DNA of 64,000 nucleotides from Escherichia coli 042 (GTDB lineage Bacteria; Pseudomonadota; Gammaproteobacteria; Enterobacterales; Enterobacteriaceae): NCBI RefSeq assembly GCF_000027125.1, contig NC_017626.1; one strand, 5' to 3'. Shown piece by piece: positions 28,590 to 40,722 of this stretch (position 1 is its first letter; each line of letters starts with the position of its first letter). The notes under the pieces were generated by a model. It saw only the letters and a program-made list of their open reading frames with translations, ran no database searches and was not told where the DNA came from. The position numbers and the translations under genes were made by a program.

Positions 28590-29852
28590 TTGATCATTAT
28601 TCTGATCATCATGGTGGTCATTTCAGCCTATTTTTCCGGGTCCGAAACCGGAATGATGACTCTCAACCGCTATCGTCTGCGACATATGGCGAAACAGGGT
28701 AATCGCTCGGCCAAACGCGTCGAAAAATTGCTGCGTAAGCCAGACCGCCTGATTAGCCTGGTGTTAATCGGCAATAACCTGGTCAATATTCTTGCCTCCG
28801 CGCTCGGCACTATTGTTGGGATGCGTTTGTACGGCGATGCGGGCGTGGCAATTGCGACTGGTGTGCTGACTTTTGTCGTACTGGTTTTTGCTGAGGTATT
28901 GCCGAAAACCATTGCCGCGCTGTACCCGGAAAAAGTCGCTTATCCGAGTAGTTTTCTGCTGGCTCCGCTGCAAATTTTGATGATGCCGCTGGTCTGGTTG
29001 CTGAACGCTATTACCCGCATGTTAATGCGCATGATGGGCATCAAAACCGATATCGTGGTCAGCGGCTCTTTGAGCAAAGAAGAGTTGCGCACTATCGTGC
29101 ATGAATCGCGCTCACAAATTTCCCGTCGCAATCAGGATATGCTGCTGTCGGTGCTCGATCTGGAAAAAATGACCGTTGATGACATCATGGTGCCGCGCAG
29201 TGAAATTATCGGTATTGATATCAACGATGACTGGAAATCGATTCTGCGCCAACTCTCCCACTCACCTCACGGGCGCATCGTGCTCTACCGTGATTCGCTG
29301 GACGACGCCATCAGTATGCTGCGAGTACGTGAAGCCTGGCGGTTGATGTCGGAGAAAAAAGAGTTCACCAAAGAAACCATGCTGCGCGCCGCGGACGAGA
29401 TCTATTTTGTGCCTGAAGGTACGCCGCTCAGCACGCAGTTGGTAAAGTTTCAGCGCAACAAAAAGAAAGTCGGCCTGGTCGTCAACGAATACGGAGACAT
29501 TCAGGGGCTGGTGACGGTTGAAGATATTCTGGAAGAGATTGTCGGCGATTTCACTACCTCGATGTCGCCAACACTTGCCGAAGAGGTCACGCCGCAAAAC
29601 GACGGTTCAGTGATTATTGATGGCACCGCCAACGTGCGGGAAATCAACAAAGCCTTTAACTGGCATCTACCGGAAGATGATGCCCGCACTGTTAATGGCG
29701 TCATTCTTGAGGCACTGGAAGAGATCCCGGTCGCGGGCACCCGTGTACGTATTGGCGAGTACGACATCGACATTCTCGACGTACAGGACAATATGATTAA
29801 GCAGGTAAAAGTTTTTCCTGTGAAACCGCTGCGCGAGAGTGTGGCGGAGTAA
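28590..29852 (+). CDS. yfjD: Inner membrane protein YfjD (CNNM/CorC-type, CBS domains)
   Basis: 420-aa ORF with N-terminal TM region and C-terminal transporter-associated region; start (TTG at 28590 versus nearby codons) uncertain. Confidence 0.85.
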   Translation: MIIILIIMVVISAYFSGSETGMMTLNRYRLRHMAKQGNRSAKRVEKLLRKPDRLISLVLIGNNLVNILASALGTIVGMRLYGDAGVAIATGVLTFVVLVFAEVLPKTIAALYPEKVAYPSSFLLAPLQILMMPLVWLLNAITRMLMRMMGIKTDIVVSGSLSKEELRTIVHESRSQISRRNQDMLLSVLDLEKMTVDDIMVPRSEIIGIDINDDWKSILRQLSHSPHGRIVLYRDSLDDAISMLRVREAWRLMSEKKEFTKETMLRAADEIYFVPEGTPLSTQLVKFQRNKKKVGLVVNEYGDIQGLVTVEDILEEIVGDFTTSMSPTLAEEVTPQNDGSVIIDGTANVREINKAFNWHLPEDDARTVNGVILEALEEIPVAGTRVRIGEYDIDILDVQDNMIKQVKVFPVKPLRESVAE

Positions 29853-29859
29853 CGAAAAC

Positions 29860-29883
29860 GGCCCTGCATTCGCATGCAGGGCC
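29860..29883 (-). terminator. grpE terminator
   Basis: Hairpin ggccctgcattcgcatgcagggcc with T-rich tract on the minus strand after the grpE stop. Confidence 0.65.
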
Positions 29884-29906
29884 GTGAATTATTACGAAAA
29901 CAGAAA

Positions 29907-30524
<618 letters not shown>

Positions 30525-30621
30525 TCATCTCGCTAACTTCGCTTATTATGGGGATCAGTTTCAGGGTTTCAAGGGAAGCACTCACATTGTCATCAATCTT
30601 CGCAACAAGGACCTCGGAAAA

Positions 30622-31500
30622 ATGAATAATCATTTCAAGTGTATTGGCATTGTGGGACACCCACGTCACCCCACTGCACTGACAACACATGAAATGCTCT
30701 ACCGCTGGCTGTGCACAAAAGGTTACGAGGTCATCGTTGAGCAACAAATCGCTCACGAACTGCAACTGAAGAATGTGAAAACCGGCACACTCGCGGAGAT
30801 TGGGCAACTGGCTGATCTCGCAGTAGTCGTTGGTGGCGACGGTAATATGTTGGGCGCGGCGCGCACGCTCGCGCGCTACGATATTAAAGTCATCGGCATC
30901 AACCGTGGCAACCTGGGTTTCCTGACTGACCTTGACCCCGATAACGCCCAGCAACAATTAGCCGATGTGCTGGAAGGTCACTACATCAGCGAGAAACGTT
31001 TTTTGCTGGAAGCGCAAGTCTGTCAGCAAGATTGCCAGAAACGCATCAGCACGGCGATTAACGAAGTGGTACTTCATCCTGGCAAAGTGGCGCATATGAT
31101 TGAGTTCGAAGTGTATATCGACGAGATCTTTGCGTTTTCTCAGCGTTCCGATGGACTGATTATTTCGACGCCAACTGGCTCCACCGCTTATTCCCTCTCT
31201 GCGGGCGGTCCTATTCTGACACCCTCTCTGGATGCGATTACCCTGGTGCCCATGTTCCCGCATACGTTGTCAGCACGACCACTGGTCATAAACAGCAGCA
31301 GCACGATCCGTCTGCGTTTTTCGCATCGCCGTAACGACCTGGAAATCAGTTGCGACAGCCAGATAGCACTGCCGATTCAGGAAGGTGAAGATGTCCTGAT
31401 TCGTCGCTGTGATTACCATCTGAATCTGATTCATCCGAAAGATTACAGTTATTTCAATACATTAAGCACCAAGCTCGGCTGGTCAAAAAAATTATTCTAA
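30622..31500 (+). CDS. nadK: NAD kinase
   Basis: Translation from [17 protein letters not shown] with GGDGN motif (292 aa); the track ORF begins 59 codons upstream. Confidence 0.92.
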
Positions 31501-31585
31501 TTTTACGCCAGCCTCTTTACTGTATATAAAACCAGTTTATACTGTACACAATAACAGTATTGGTTTTTCATACAGGAAAACAACT

Positions 31586-33247
31586 ATGTTGGCACAACTG
31601 ACCATCAGCAACTTTGCTATCGTTCGTGAGCTTGAGATTGATTTTCATAGCGGCATGACCGTAATAACTGGCGAGACCGGCGCGGGTAAATCTATTGCAA
31701 TAGATGCCCTCGGCCTTTGTCTCGGTGGTCGCGCTGAAGCCGACATGGTGCGTAATGGCGCTACTCGCGCTGACCTGTGCGCCCGTTTTTCACTGAAAGA
31801 TACGCCAGCGGCTCTGCGCTGGCTGGAAGAAAACCAGCTTGAAGACGGTCATGAATGTTTGCTTCGTCGCGTAATCAGTAGCGATGGTCGCTCACGAGGT
31901 TTTATCAACGGTACAGCGGTTCCTCTGTCACAACTGCGCGAACTGGGTCAGTTGCTGATTCAGATCCATGGTCAGCACGCTCATCAGTTACTCACCAAAC
32001 CCGAGCACCAAAAATTCCTGCTTGATGGCTATGCCAATGAAACCTCTCTACTCCAGGAAATGACCGCACGTTATCAGTTGTGGCATCAAAGCTGCCGTGA
32101 CCTCGCGCATCATCAACAGTTAAGTCAGGAACGCGCCGCCCGTGCAGAACTGCTGCAATACCAATTAAAAGAACTTAACGAATTTAATCCGCAGCCCGGA
32201 GAGTTTGAGCAAATCGACGAAGAGTACAAACGTCTGGCGAACAGCGGTCAATTGCTGACTACCAGCCAGAATGCATTGGCAGTAATGGCCGACGGTGAAG
32301 ACGCAAACCTGCAAAGTCAGCTTTACACGGCTAAACAACTGGTGAGCGAATTGATTGGCATGGACAGCAAACTGTCCGGCGTACTTGATATGCTGGAAGA
32401 AGCTACCATCCAGATTGCTGAAGCCAGCGATGAACTGCGCCACTACTGCGATCGTCTGGATCTCGATCCCAACCGACTGTTTGAACTTGAACAGCGCATC
32501 TCAAAACAGATTTCGCTGGCACGTAAACATCACGTCAGCCCTGAGGCATTGCCACAGTATTACCAGTCGCTACTGGAAGAACAGCAGCAACTGGACGATC
32601 AGGCCGACTCACAAGAAACGCTCGCGCTGGCGGTAACGAAACATCATCAGCAGGCACTGGAAACGGCGCGCGCGTTACACCAGCAACGCCAGCACTATGC
32701 AGAAGAACTTGCACAGCTGATCACCGACAGTATGCATGCACTCTCTATGCCACATGGGCAGTTTACGATTGATGTTAAATTTGACGAGCATCACCTGGGC
32801 GCTGACGGTGCCGATCGTATTGAGTTTCGGGTAACCACCAACCCAGGTCAGCCAATGCAGCCTATTGCCAAAGTCGCATCCGGTGGTGAATTGTCACGCA
32901 TCGCATTGGCAATTCAGGTCATCACGGCGCGTAAAATGGAAACCCCGGCACTGATTTTTGATGAAGTGGATGTAGGGATTAGCGGTCCAACAGCGGCAGT
33001 TGTCGGCAAACTGCTGCGTCAACTCGGCGAATCAACTCAAGTGATGTGTGTTACCCACCTGCCACAAGTCGCGGGATGTGGTCATCAACACTATTTTGTC
33101 AGCAAAGAAACCGATGGTGCGATGACAGAAACGCATATGCAATCCCTGGATAAAAAATCGCGGTTACAAGAGCTGGCGCGCCTGCTTGGTGGCAGTGAAG
33201 TCACACGTAACACACTGGCGAATGCGAAAGAACTACTTGCGGCGTAA
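31586..33247 (+). CDS. recN: DNA repair protein RecN
   Basis: 553-aa SMC-like ORF with Walker A GETGAGKS. Confidence 0.93.
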   Translation: MLAQLTISNFAIVRELEIDFHSGMTVITGETGAGKSIAIDALGLCLGGRAEADMVRNGATRADLCARFSLKDTPAALRWLEENQLEDGHECLLRRVISSDGRSRGFINGTAVPLSQLRELGQLLIQIHGQHAHQLLTKPEHQKFLLDGYANETSLLQEMTARYQLWHQSCRDLAHHQQLSQERAARAELLQYQLKELNEFNPQPGEFEQIDEEYKRLANSGQLLTTSQNALAVMADGEDANLQSQLYTAKQLVSELIGMDSKLSGVLDMLEEATIQIAEASDELRHYCDRLDLDPNRLFELEQRISKQISLARKHHVSPEALPQYYQSLLEEQQQLDDQADSQETLALAVTKHHQQALETARALHQQRQHYAEELAQLITDSMHALSMPHGQFTIDVKFDEHHLGADGADRIEFRVTTNPGQPMQPIAKVASGGELSRIALAIQVITARKMETPALIFDEVDVGISGPTAAVVGKLLRQLGESTQVMCVTHLPQVAGCGHQHYFVSKETDGAMTETHMQSLDKKSRLQELARLLGGSEVTRNTLANAKELLAA

Positions 33248-33395
33248 ACTTTTTTCCTGCTTCACGGTCAGAGTAAACAGCAAAACGCCGTAAGACCGGA
33301 AAGCAAAAGGTTTTAAAGTGATGAAAGGTCTATTATCATCGGCATATTACAGATGAGCCACGTACTGCTCGGGCCCGAAAAGGAATCAAATCACT

Positions 33396-33737
33396 ATGCG
33401 CTGTAAAACGCTGACTGCTGCAGCAGCAGTACTATTGATGTTGACCGCAGGCTGTTCCACTCTGGAGCGAGTGGTTTACCGTCCTGACATCAACCAGGGG
33501 AACTATCTGACCGCTAACGACGTATCCAAAATACGTGTTGGCATGACGCAACAACAAGTTGCGTACGCATTGGGTACACCGCTGATGTCCGATCCATTTG
33601 GTACGAATACCTGGTTCTATGTCTTCCGCCAGCAACCAGGTCATGAAGGTGTAACGCAGCAAACGCTGACGCTGACCTTTAACAGTAGCGGAGTGTTGAC
33701 CAACATTGATAACAAACCCGCGCTGAGTGGTAACTAA
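33396..33737 (+). CDS. bamE: Outer membrane assembly lipoprotein BamE (SmpA)
   Basis: 113-aa ORF with lipobox LTAGCS. Confidence 0.92.
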
Positions 33738-33763
33738 TCATAAAGTTGCCCTCAAAGACGTTA

Positions 33764-33792
33764 AAAAAGGTGCTCAATGAGCACCTTTTTTC
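33764..33792. terminator. Terminator between bamE and ratB
   Basis: Hairpin aaaaaggtgctcaatgagcacctttttt. Confidence 0.7.
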
Positions 33793-33798
33793 TGTCTG

Positions 33799-34089
33799 TT
33801 ATTTATTCGCTGATTTTTCTGCTCGTTGCCTGCGCAGCTCTTTCGGATCGGCAATGAGAGGACGATAAATCTCCACCCGATCGCCATCATGCACGGTATC
33901 GCTCAGTTTGGCCGGACGGCTGTAAATGCCGACTTTGTTTTTAGTTAAATCGATATCGGTACGCAATTCCAGCAAGCCACTGGCACGAATAGCTTCTTCA
34001 ACCGTCGCACCCTCCTGCAGCGTCACGCGCTGCAGGTACTGCTTCTCAGGTAGCGCATAAGCCACCTCAACGGCAATTTTACCTGGCAC
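33799..34089 (-). CDS. ratB: RatB (YfjF, UPF0125)
   Basis: ORF with probable GTG start at 34089 (VPGKIAVEV...), 96 aa; overlaps the ratA 3' end. Confidence 0.8.
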
Positions 34090-34555
34090 TGTAAACCTCT
34101 TTCGCACGAACCGTAAAAGCCTGGACCATATTAGCCGCCAGCTCTTTAAACACGCGACCAAAGGCGAGTTCAATCAACTTATTGGTAAACTCAAAGTCGA
34201 GATGAAACTCGATACGACACGCCTCCTGGCTCAGCGGCGTAAACTTCCATCCACCGATCAATTTCTTGAACGGCCCATCCACCAGATTCATAAGAATACT
34301 TTGGTTACTGGTCAACTGGTTGCGGGTAGTAAACGTTTTGCTGATCCCAGCCTTAGAGACATCTACCGCCGCAGTCATCTGCCCAGGAGTGGACTCCAGA
34401 ATCCGACTTCCGGTACAACCCGGCAAAAACTGAGGATAAGACTGAACGTCATTCACTAACTGATACATTTGCTCCGCGCTGTAGGGTACCAGTGCGGTCC
34501 GGCTAATCTGAGGCATAACAATTTCCATCAACAAAAATCCAACAAATAATATCAT
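34079..34555 (-). CDS. ratA: Ribosome association toxin RatA (YfjG)
   Basis: 158-aa ORF; conserved position upstream of smpB, divergent. Confidence 0.88.
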
Positions 34556-34686
34556 TTATCCTGCTGTAAAAAAAACGCTATCCCGGCGCTGGGTAACATC
34601 GGGTTCATGCTAAGATAGAGCCTTGTCCCCCGCAGGATTGATATGGGGTGTTTTCGATTTCAGATTACCGATGATTCACGACGCTT

Positions 34687-35169
34687 ATGACGAAGAAAAA
34701 AGCACATAAACCTGGTTCAGCGACCATCGCGCTTAACAAGCGCGCCCGTCACGAATACTTTATCGAAGAAGAGTTCGAAGCGGGACTTGCCCTGCAAGGC
34801 TGGGAGGTTAAATCCCTGCGCGCAGGAAAAGCCAATATCAGCGACAGCTACGTCCTTCTGCGTGACGGAGAGGCATTTCTGTTTGGCGCTAACATCACGC
34901 CAATGGCCGTGGCCTCCACGCATGTGGTGTGCGATCCTACCCGTACCCGCAAGTTACTTCTCAACCAGCGCGAACTGGACTCATTGTACGGTCGCGTCAA
35001 TCGAGAAGGCTATACCGTAGTGGCGCTCTCCCTGTACTGGAAAAATGCCTGGTGCAAAGTGAAAATCGGCGTCGCCAAAGGTAAAAAACAGCACGATAAA
35101 CGTTCAGATATCAAAGAACGCGAATGGCAGGTGGATAAAGCACGTATCATGAAAAACGCCCACCGTTAA
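34687..35169 (+). CDS. smpB: SsrA-binding protein SmpB
   Basis: 160-aa ORF; translation matches recalled SmpB; immediately upstream of ssrA. Confidence 0.93.
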
Positions 35170-35383
35170 ACCTGCACTCCAATTATTGACCAATTCCTCA
35201 CCGCGCCTCCCTCTCCGGCGGCGCGAATGAACATCTTATTGGCTATCACATCCGACGAAAATGTTGCCATCCCATTGCTTAATCGAATAAAAATCAGGCT
35301 ACATGGTCGCTAAATCTTTAACGATAACGCCATTGAGGCTGGTCATGGCGCTCATAAATCTGGTATACTTACCGTTACACATT

Positions 35384-35746
35384 GGGGCTGATTCTGGATT
35401 CGACGGGATTTGCGAAACCCAAGGTGCATGCCGAGGGGCGGTTGGCCTCGTAAAAAGCCGCAAAAAATAGTCGCAAACGACGAAAACTACGCTTTAGCAG
35501 CTTAATAACCTGCTTAGAGCCCTCTCTCCCTAGCCTCCGCTCTTAGGACGGGGATCAAGAGAGGTCAAACCCAAAAGAGATCGCGTGGAAGCCCTGCCTG
35601 GGGTTGAAGCGTTAAAACTTAATCAGGCTAGTTTGTTAGTGGCGTGTCCGTCCGCAGCTGGCAAGCGAATGTAAAGACTGACTAAGCATGTAGTACCGAG
35701 GACGTAGGAATTTCGGACGCGGGTTCAACTCCCGCCAGCTCCACCA
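35384..35746 (+). ncRNA. ssrA: tmRNA (transfer-messenger RNA)
   Basis: 363 nt from ggggctgattctggattcgacggg to cccgccagctccacca; tag reading frame ...gcaaacgacgaaaactacgctttagcagcttaa (ANDENYALAA) present. Confidence 0.95.
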
Positions 35747-35912
35747 CTTTTTAGTAAAACAAAGTCTACTAAAGACTATCAAGGCCGCACCTCACAAGGG
35801 TTGCGGCCTTTTTCATGTCTAGCAGAGTCTACTGAGAATTGCTAGAAGCTACGCATTATGGGACCCTTATATGGACCCACCGACTGGGTCCAATAATTTG
35901 AGGGTCCAATAC

Positions 35913-37142
35913 ATGGCAAGGCAGACTAAAAAACTCACAGACACTGAAATCAAAAACACCAAACCAGCAGACAAAGAGATCAATCTCTTCGATGGTGATG
36001 GGCTACTGCTACGAATCGCTCCTTCATCAAAAGGAGGGAAGAAGAACTGGTATCTCAGATATCCAGTGCCAGTAACCAAGAAGCGCACCAAGATGAGCTT
36101 GGGTACCTACCCTCACCTCTCATTAGCAAAGGCAAGAGCTTTGCGTGATGAATACCTGTCGTTACTTGCTAATGGTGTTGACCCTCAAGTCCACATCACT
36201 GAAAAAACTAATGCTCTGAAAGATGCCACGGAGCACACGCTACAAGCAGTTTCTCGAAAGTGGTTAGATGAGAAAATTAAGACTTCTGGCATCTCTCTAG
36301 ACCATGCAGAAGATATCTGGCGCAGCCTCGAAAAAAACATCTTTTCAACTCTGGGTGATGTTCCTATCAAAGAGATCCGCCCCAAAATGCTCAAGCAGCA
36401 TCTTGACCCAATTGAGCAGCGCGGTGTTCTCGAAACTCTACGTCGTATAATTTCCAGACTGAATGAAATCTTTCGCTATGCTGCCACGGAAGAGCTTATA
36501 GAGTTCAATCCTGCCGACAATCTCGCTCAGCGTTTCAGTAAACCTAAGAAGCAAAACATGCCTGCCCTTCCACCTGATGAGCTACCACGCTTCATGGTTG
36601 CTTTATCTAACGCATCTATACGGTTAGAAACCCGTATGCTGATCGAGTGGCAATTGTTGACGTGGGTAAGGCCCGGTGAAGCCGTTCGGGCAAGATGGTG
36701 TGATATTGATGAAGAGAGCAGATTTTGGAATATCCCTTCAGAATTCATGAAAATGAAACGCCCACATAAGGTTCCATTGAGTAAAGAAGCTCTCCGCATT
36801 TTAGAAAACATGCGCCCTATCAGTGGTCATAGAGAATGGGTTTTCCCCAGCATCAAAGCTCCCCTCAGTCATATGCATGAACAAACAGCTAATGCAGCCA
36901 TAATTCGTATGGGGTTTGGCGGAGAGCTTGTTGCTCATGGTATGAGATCTATTGCAAGGACAGCAGCCGAAGAATACGGTAAGTTTAGAACGGAGGTGCT
37001 TGAATCCGCTCTGGCTCATACTAAAAAAGATGAAATAATAGCCGCGTATAACCGTTCGGAATACCTAGTTGAAAGAGAAGAACTAATGAAATGGTGGGGG
37101 GATTATGTCAGCAGCAAAAAATATAAGATGATGGCAGCATAA
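35913..37142 (+). CDS. Site-specific tyrosine integrase (P4/IntA-like)
   Basis: Translation MARQTKKLTDTEIKNTKPADKEINLFDGDGLLLRIAP... typical of the P4 integrase N-terminus; C-terminal catalytic region (HGMRSIART...); SD gaggg before the ATG at 35913. Confidence 0.88.
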   Translation: MARQTKKLTDTEIKNTKPADKEINLFDGDGLLLRIAPSSKGGKKNWYLRYPVPVTKKRTKMSLGTYPHLSLAKARALRDEYLSLLANGVDPQVHITEKTNALKDATEHTLQAVSRKWLDEKIKTSGISLDHAEDIWRSLEKNIFSTLGDVPIKEIRPKMLKQHLDPIEQRGVLETLRRIISRLNEIFRYAATEELIEFNPADNLAQRFSKPKKQNMPALPPDELPRFMVALSNASIRLETRMLIEWQLLTWVRPGEAVRARWCDIDEESRFWNIPSEFMKMKRPHKVPLSKEALRILENMRPISGHREWVFPSIKAPLSHMHEQTANAAIIRMGFGGELVAHGMRSIARTAAEEYGKFRTEVLESALAHTKKDEIIAAYNRSEYLVEREELMKWWGDYVSSKKYKMMAA

Positions 37143-37187
37143 ATAAATTTTAATCATATAATTATGACACAGCATAAGGTGAAAGTA

Positions 37188-38501
37188 ATGAGAATATCAA
37201 AAACATTAGAATCATTATTTACATTTCTAAAGGAAAAAGAGCAGAAAGGTCAACTATTCAATAAAGAGGCTATACTCACAGCCACCGGTTGGAAAGCGGC
37301 TACATTTAGAACTTATTGGGTTAAAGGGCAGTTATCTGACTTTATTAGCGCAATTGATGAAGATACATTTGAGGCATCAAACTGTCAAAACATCTCAGTT
37401 ATAGAGTTTTCGAAACTATTATCTCAAAGTAAGCATAGAAGAGGGTTAGGTCATAATTGCCAGTCGAAACTAGCAAAAGCATTATTAACAAAATCTAGAG
37501 ATAATATGATGCTTGCTCTTGAATTATATAATAGACCTTCAATTGAGAATAGAATGGATGCATTTGTAATGTGTTTTTGCACTTCATGGGAACAATTATT
37601 AAAAGCTATTTTGATTGAAAAAAATGGTGAAGAGTCAATTTTCAAAAAAGAAAACAAGCGAGGATTCAGAGAAACTATTTCACTAAGAGACTGCTTAGAA
37701 AAAACATTCCCATCGAATTCAAAGGTAAGAAATAATATAGAACAAATAACAGTTTTCAGAGATCAGGCTGTACACCTTTTAATGCCAGAAATACAAGGGA
37801 TAGCCTCAAGGATATTTCAGTCTGGCGTTCTTAATTATTCATCATATTTTGAAAAATTCACAGAGGTTTCTTTTCTCAATAACAATAGCACAGGAATGAT
37901 ATCCTTGGTAGGTGAGTTTAGAACACCGCCAATATCCGTACTGAAATCCATTTATGGAGAAGTAGCGACTGATATATTAGACTTAGCAACAACTCTTCAG
38001 CAAGAAGTTGATGATAAAAATGACATAGAGTATGCAATTCCCTTAAATGTAAAACTTGTTTTTGCGACATCAGATGATGATGGGAATACCATAACCTTAG
38101 CTAAAGCTGATGAGGGAATCGAGGGGCTTAAGAAGGCTCTAATTATAGAAAAACCAGTAGATAGATCAAGAACACATCCGTATTTGCAGAAGGATGCCAT
38201 TGAGCATATAAATGAAAAAATCTACGAACTTTATAGTATAGAAAAGATAGAAAAGCATTTAGTATTCAAAGATAACAAAACAGGAAAGAAAGCGATAAAT
38301 AAAAATTGCTTTGATGCTGTTATTTGTAAGAACGGATGGAAAAAATCAAATAATAAATATCATCACAAAAACAATAATCCAGAATACCACTATTATTCAC
38401 CAGCATTAGTAGATGAATTTGTCAAGAAAGCTATGACAAACGAAGATTATCTAATGAATACAAAAAAATGGTATAATGCCAGAAGAAGTAAGAAAAAGTG
38501 A
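37188..38501 (+). CDS. Hypothetical protein (about 437 aa), AT-rich, no family recognised; possible defence-associated protein
   Basis: Long uninterrupted ORF immediately after int; SD aaggtga before the ATG at 37188 (track start 37164); Lys/Asn-rich, low GC. Confidence 0.6.
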   Translation: MRISKTLESLFTFLKEKEQKGQLFNKEAILTATGWKAATFRTYWVKGQLSDFISAIDEDTFEASNCQNISVIEFSKLLSQSKHRRGLGHNCQSKLAKALLTKSRDNMMLALELYNRPSIENRMDAFVMCFCTSWEQLLKAILIEKNGEESIFKKENKRGFRETISLRDCLEKTFPSNSKVRNNIEQITVFRDQAVHLLMPEIQGIASRIFQSGVLNYSSYFEKFTEVSFLNNNSTGMISLVGEFRTPPISVLKSIYGEVATDILDLATTLQQEVDDKNDIEYAIPLNVKLVFATSDDDGNTITLAKADEGIEGLKKALIIEKPVDRSRTHPYLQKDAIEHINEKIYELYSIEKIEKHLVFKDNKTGKKAINKNCFDAVICKNGWKKSNNKYHHKNNNPEYHYYSPALVDEFVKKAMTNEDYLMNTKKWYNARRSKKK

Positions 38502-38835
38502 TGAATAGTGAAACTATGAACAGTACATATCATTTATAAGTGTGCTGTTCATAGTAATTCACAGAACATACTGATTAATTTTATTTTTTCCTAAAACCGG
38601 AAGAAAATAAACCAGTGAAATATTCTTTACATTTAAAATTCGGAGGCCACGGAAATATAAAATCTAATATTAATTACTAATTATATTTATAAAAGGTCTG
38701 CCTCTGACCATTTGAAATGAAAAACAAATCCCAATAATATAGAAAAAAATATCTGATATAATAATTTTGTAGATAAAATAGGCCTATATAAAAACATATC
38801 TTTAATTCCCCCCTTAAAAAGAGGGGCAAATACTG

Positions 38836-39882
38836 TCATTCCTCAAATCTATATAACGCGCCATCAAGATATTCTTCAACAGTATCTATACCGATCCATC
38901 TTCGGTTCAAACTCTCAGCTACAGCACCGGCAGTCATCGACCCACCAAATGGATCAAGAACTAAATCCCCTTCATCTGTAAGCATTTTAATGAAGAATTC
39001 AGGAAGCTGCATAGGGAAACGCGCAGGATGAATTTTGATACCATTAGCTTTACATTTTTTTGTATAAACGTCATTAGCTGCATTATTACCCATTTTCAAT
39101 ACATCAGACGGTGTTTCATCATCAATAAAATTAGGTGGGATAGACCCTCCATTATGGGTTTTATCAAAAGATTCATTAATATTATGTCCTGATGGTCGAA
39201 CAGTAGTTTTAACACCTTTTGCTGCAAGCCGAAGCATGTCCTTGCTATAAGGACGAAGCACTTTTTTATTACTTGCTTTTGGGTGTGGCCCTTTACTAAA
39301 CCAGAAAACATACTCTACAGAATCCTTCACTCGGACTCGTTTGACTGTAACCCATTGAGCAGGTACAGGCATCTTTGCAGGGTTGTACCAGAAAGTCTCT
39401 TGCGCTAGTCTGAATCCTACTTCCTCAACTAAAGCAATAACTAACTTAAAATGATAGATAGATCTAGTTGGCTCACCGGGATTCCAAGAGCCCCCGATGT
39501 TCAAAACGAAACTGCCATCTTCTGTCAGTATCCTTTTGATTTCTTTCGCAAAATCAACAAACCACTCAACGTAGTCCTTCTGACAGACATTACCATATTC
39601 TTTCTTAAAATGAAGTGCATATGGTGGAGATGTGAAGACTAAGTTAACCGAGTTATCAGGTATTGACTTCATCACGTCTAACGAATCGGCGTGGAAGATC
39701 GAACCCAAGTTAGATTCGTAAAACGGTTCAAACCCGTTGACTAACTTTGTAGTTGAATTTTTCTCTTTTGATGAAAAGTCAAGCGTTTTTTGAATAGTCA
39801 CAACAATAAATCTCGAAATGGGCAATCGGATTGCATTGTTGCGTACATAACACAAGGGATCAAGTACAGATGAACCAACCAC
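38836..39882 (-). CDS. DNA methyltransferase, beta-class amino-MTase (N4-cytosine or N6-adenine)
   Basis: Catalytic motif IV FTSPPY followed by C-terminal AdoMet motif [11 protein letters not shown]; this motif order is characteristic of beta-class MTases; true start codon uncertain. Confidence 0.8.
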   Translation of the reverse strand: MVGSSVLDPLCYVRNNAIRLPISRFIVVTIQKTLDFSSKEKNSTTKLVNGFEPFYESNLGSIFHADSLDVMKSIPDNSVNLVFTSPPYALHFKKEYGNVCQKDYVEWFVDFAKEIKRILTEDGSFVLNIGGSWNPGEPTRSIYHFKLVIALVEEVGFRLAQETFWYNPAKMPVPAQWVTVKRVRVKDSVEYVFWFSKGPHPKASNKKVLRPYSKDMLRLAAKGVKTTVRPSGHNINESFDKTHNGGSIPPNFIDDETPSDVLKMGNNAANDVYTKKCKANGIKIHPARFPMQLPEFFIKMLTDEGDLVLDPFGGSMTAGAVAESLNRRWIGIDTVEEYLDGALYRFEE

Positions 39883-40559
39883 AGGACTTTACAGCTCTTC
39901 TTAACAGCTTAACTCCTCAAGAGCAGCAAATGCTTTTCACGCAACTTCGCGGAAGAATTCCCATCCATCCTCTTGAACAGCAATGGAATATTACAGCAGA
40001 ATTCATTTTAGAAGCCATTGCGCGAAGCCAAGATATCACGAAACGAGGCGTAAGAGGAATCATTGCAGAGCTATGTTTCGATACATATATCATAGGTGCA
40101 ATGAAACATAAGGGCTGGATACAACATCAACTTTTTGGAGATTTACCCTATGATGCACTGATTTCTCATCCTCATGTCGGGGAAATAAAAATACAAACTA
40201 AAAACCAACGACTTGAACGTGGAGTCCCAAAATACGCAAATGGACCAATGATAAAATTCAATCCATATGTCGAAGGTTGGTATGTTTGCGAAACACAGAA
40301 AACGAGGACAGGAAAAAATGCGGAAGGGTTAGATACGAGGCCATATAGATTTGGTGAGTTTGATATACTATCAGTTTGCCTCCATCCGTCATCGGGTGAT
40401 TGGACACGATTCATGTTTTGCCCTGCATATACACTAATGCCAAGAGCGACAAATCCTGAACTAATTGCTGTTTTACAACCAGTACCACCTACACGACAAG
40501 GAAATTGGACTGATAATCTTGAGGAAGCGATTGAATGGCATTTGAACCGTAATCGTTAA
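39870..40559 (+). CDS. Hypothetical protein, candidate restriction endonuclease partner of the MTase
   Basis: ORF divergent from and slightly overlapping the MTase start; contains a possible PD-(D/E)xK-like element ([14 protein letters not shown]); assignment is inference. Confidence 0.45.
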   Translation: MNQPQDFTALLNSLTPQEQQMLFTQLRGRIPIHPLEQQWNITAEFILEAIARSQDITKRGVRGIIAELCFDTYIIGAMKHKGWIQHQLFGDLPYDALISHPHVGEIKIQTKNQRLERGVPKYANGPMIKFNPYVEGWYVCETQKTRTGKNAEGLDTRPYRFGEFDILSVCLHPSSGDWTRFMFCPAYTLMPRATNPELIAVLQPVPPTRQGNWTDNLEEAIEWHLNRNR

Positions 40560-40596
40560 AAACGGGGAATATAGCCAACTATATCTATAATATTAA

Positions 40597-40722
40597 AAGG
40601 GCCTTACGGCCCTTTCGTTTTCCCTTAAAGGGAACTCTCCCTTGGAGAGAATACATATCCCCACACTTGGGGCAAATCAATCAGCCCATTGGGCTGTACA
40701 CCACTCCCCATACATGGGGCAA
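40597..40722 (+). repeat. Array of six consecutive short GC-stem hairpins
   Basis: agggccttacggccct, ttccc-ttaaa-gggaa, ctctcc-cttg-gagag, cccca-cact-tgggg, cagccc-att-gggctg, cccca-taca-tgggg in about 125 bp after the 242-aa gene. Confidence 0.6.

Noticed and set aside
35384-35746. Possible single-base difference in ssrA (gaggacgtagg versus recalled gaggatgtagg)
   Set aside because: I cannot verify the reference base from memory; tmRNA is otherwise intact with the tag ORF and CCA end, so no functional claim is made.
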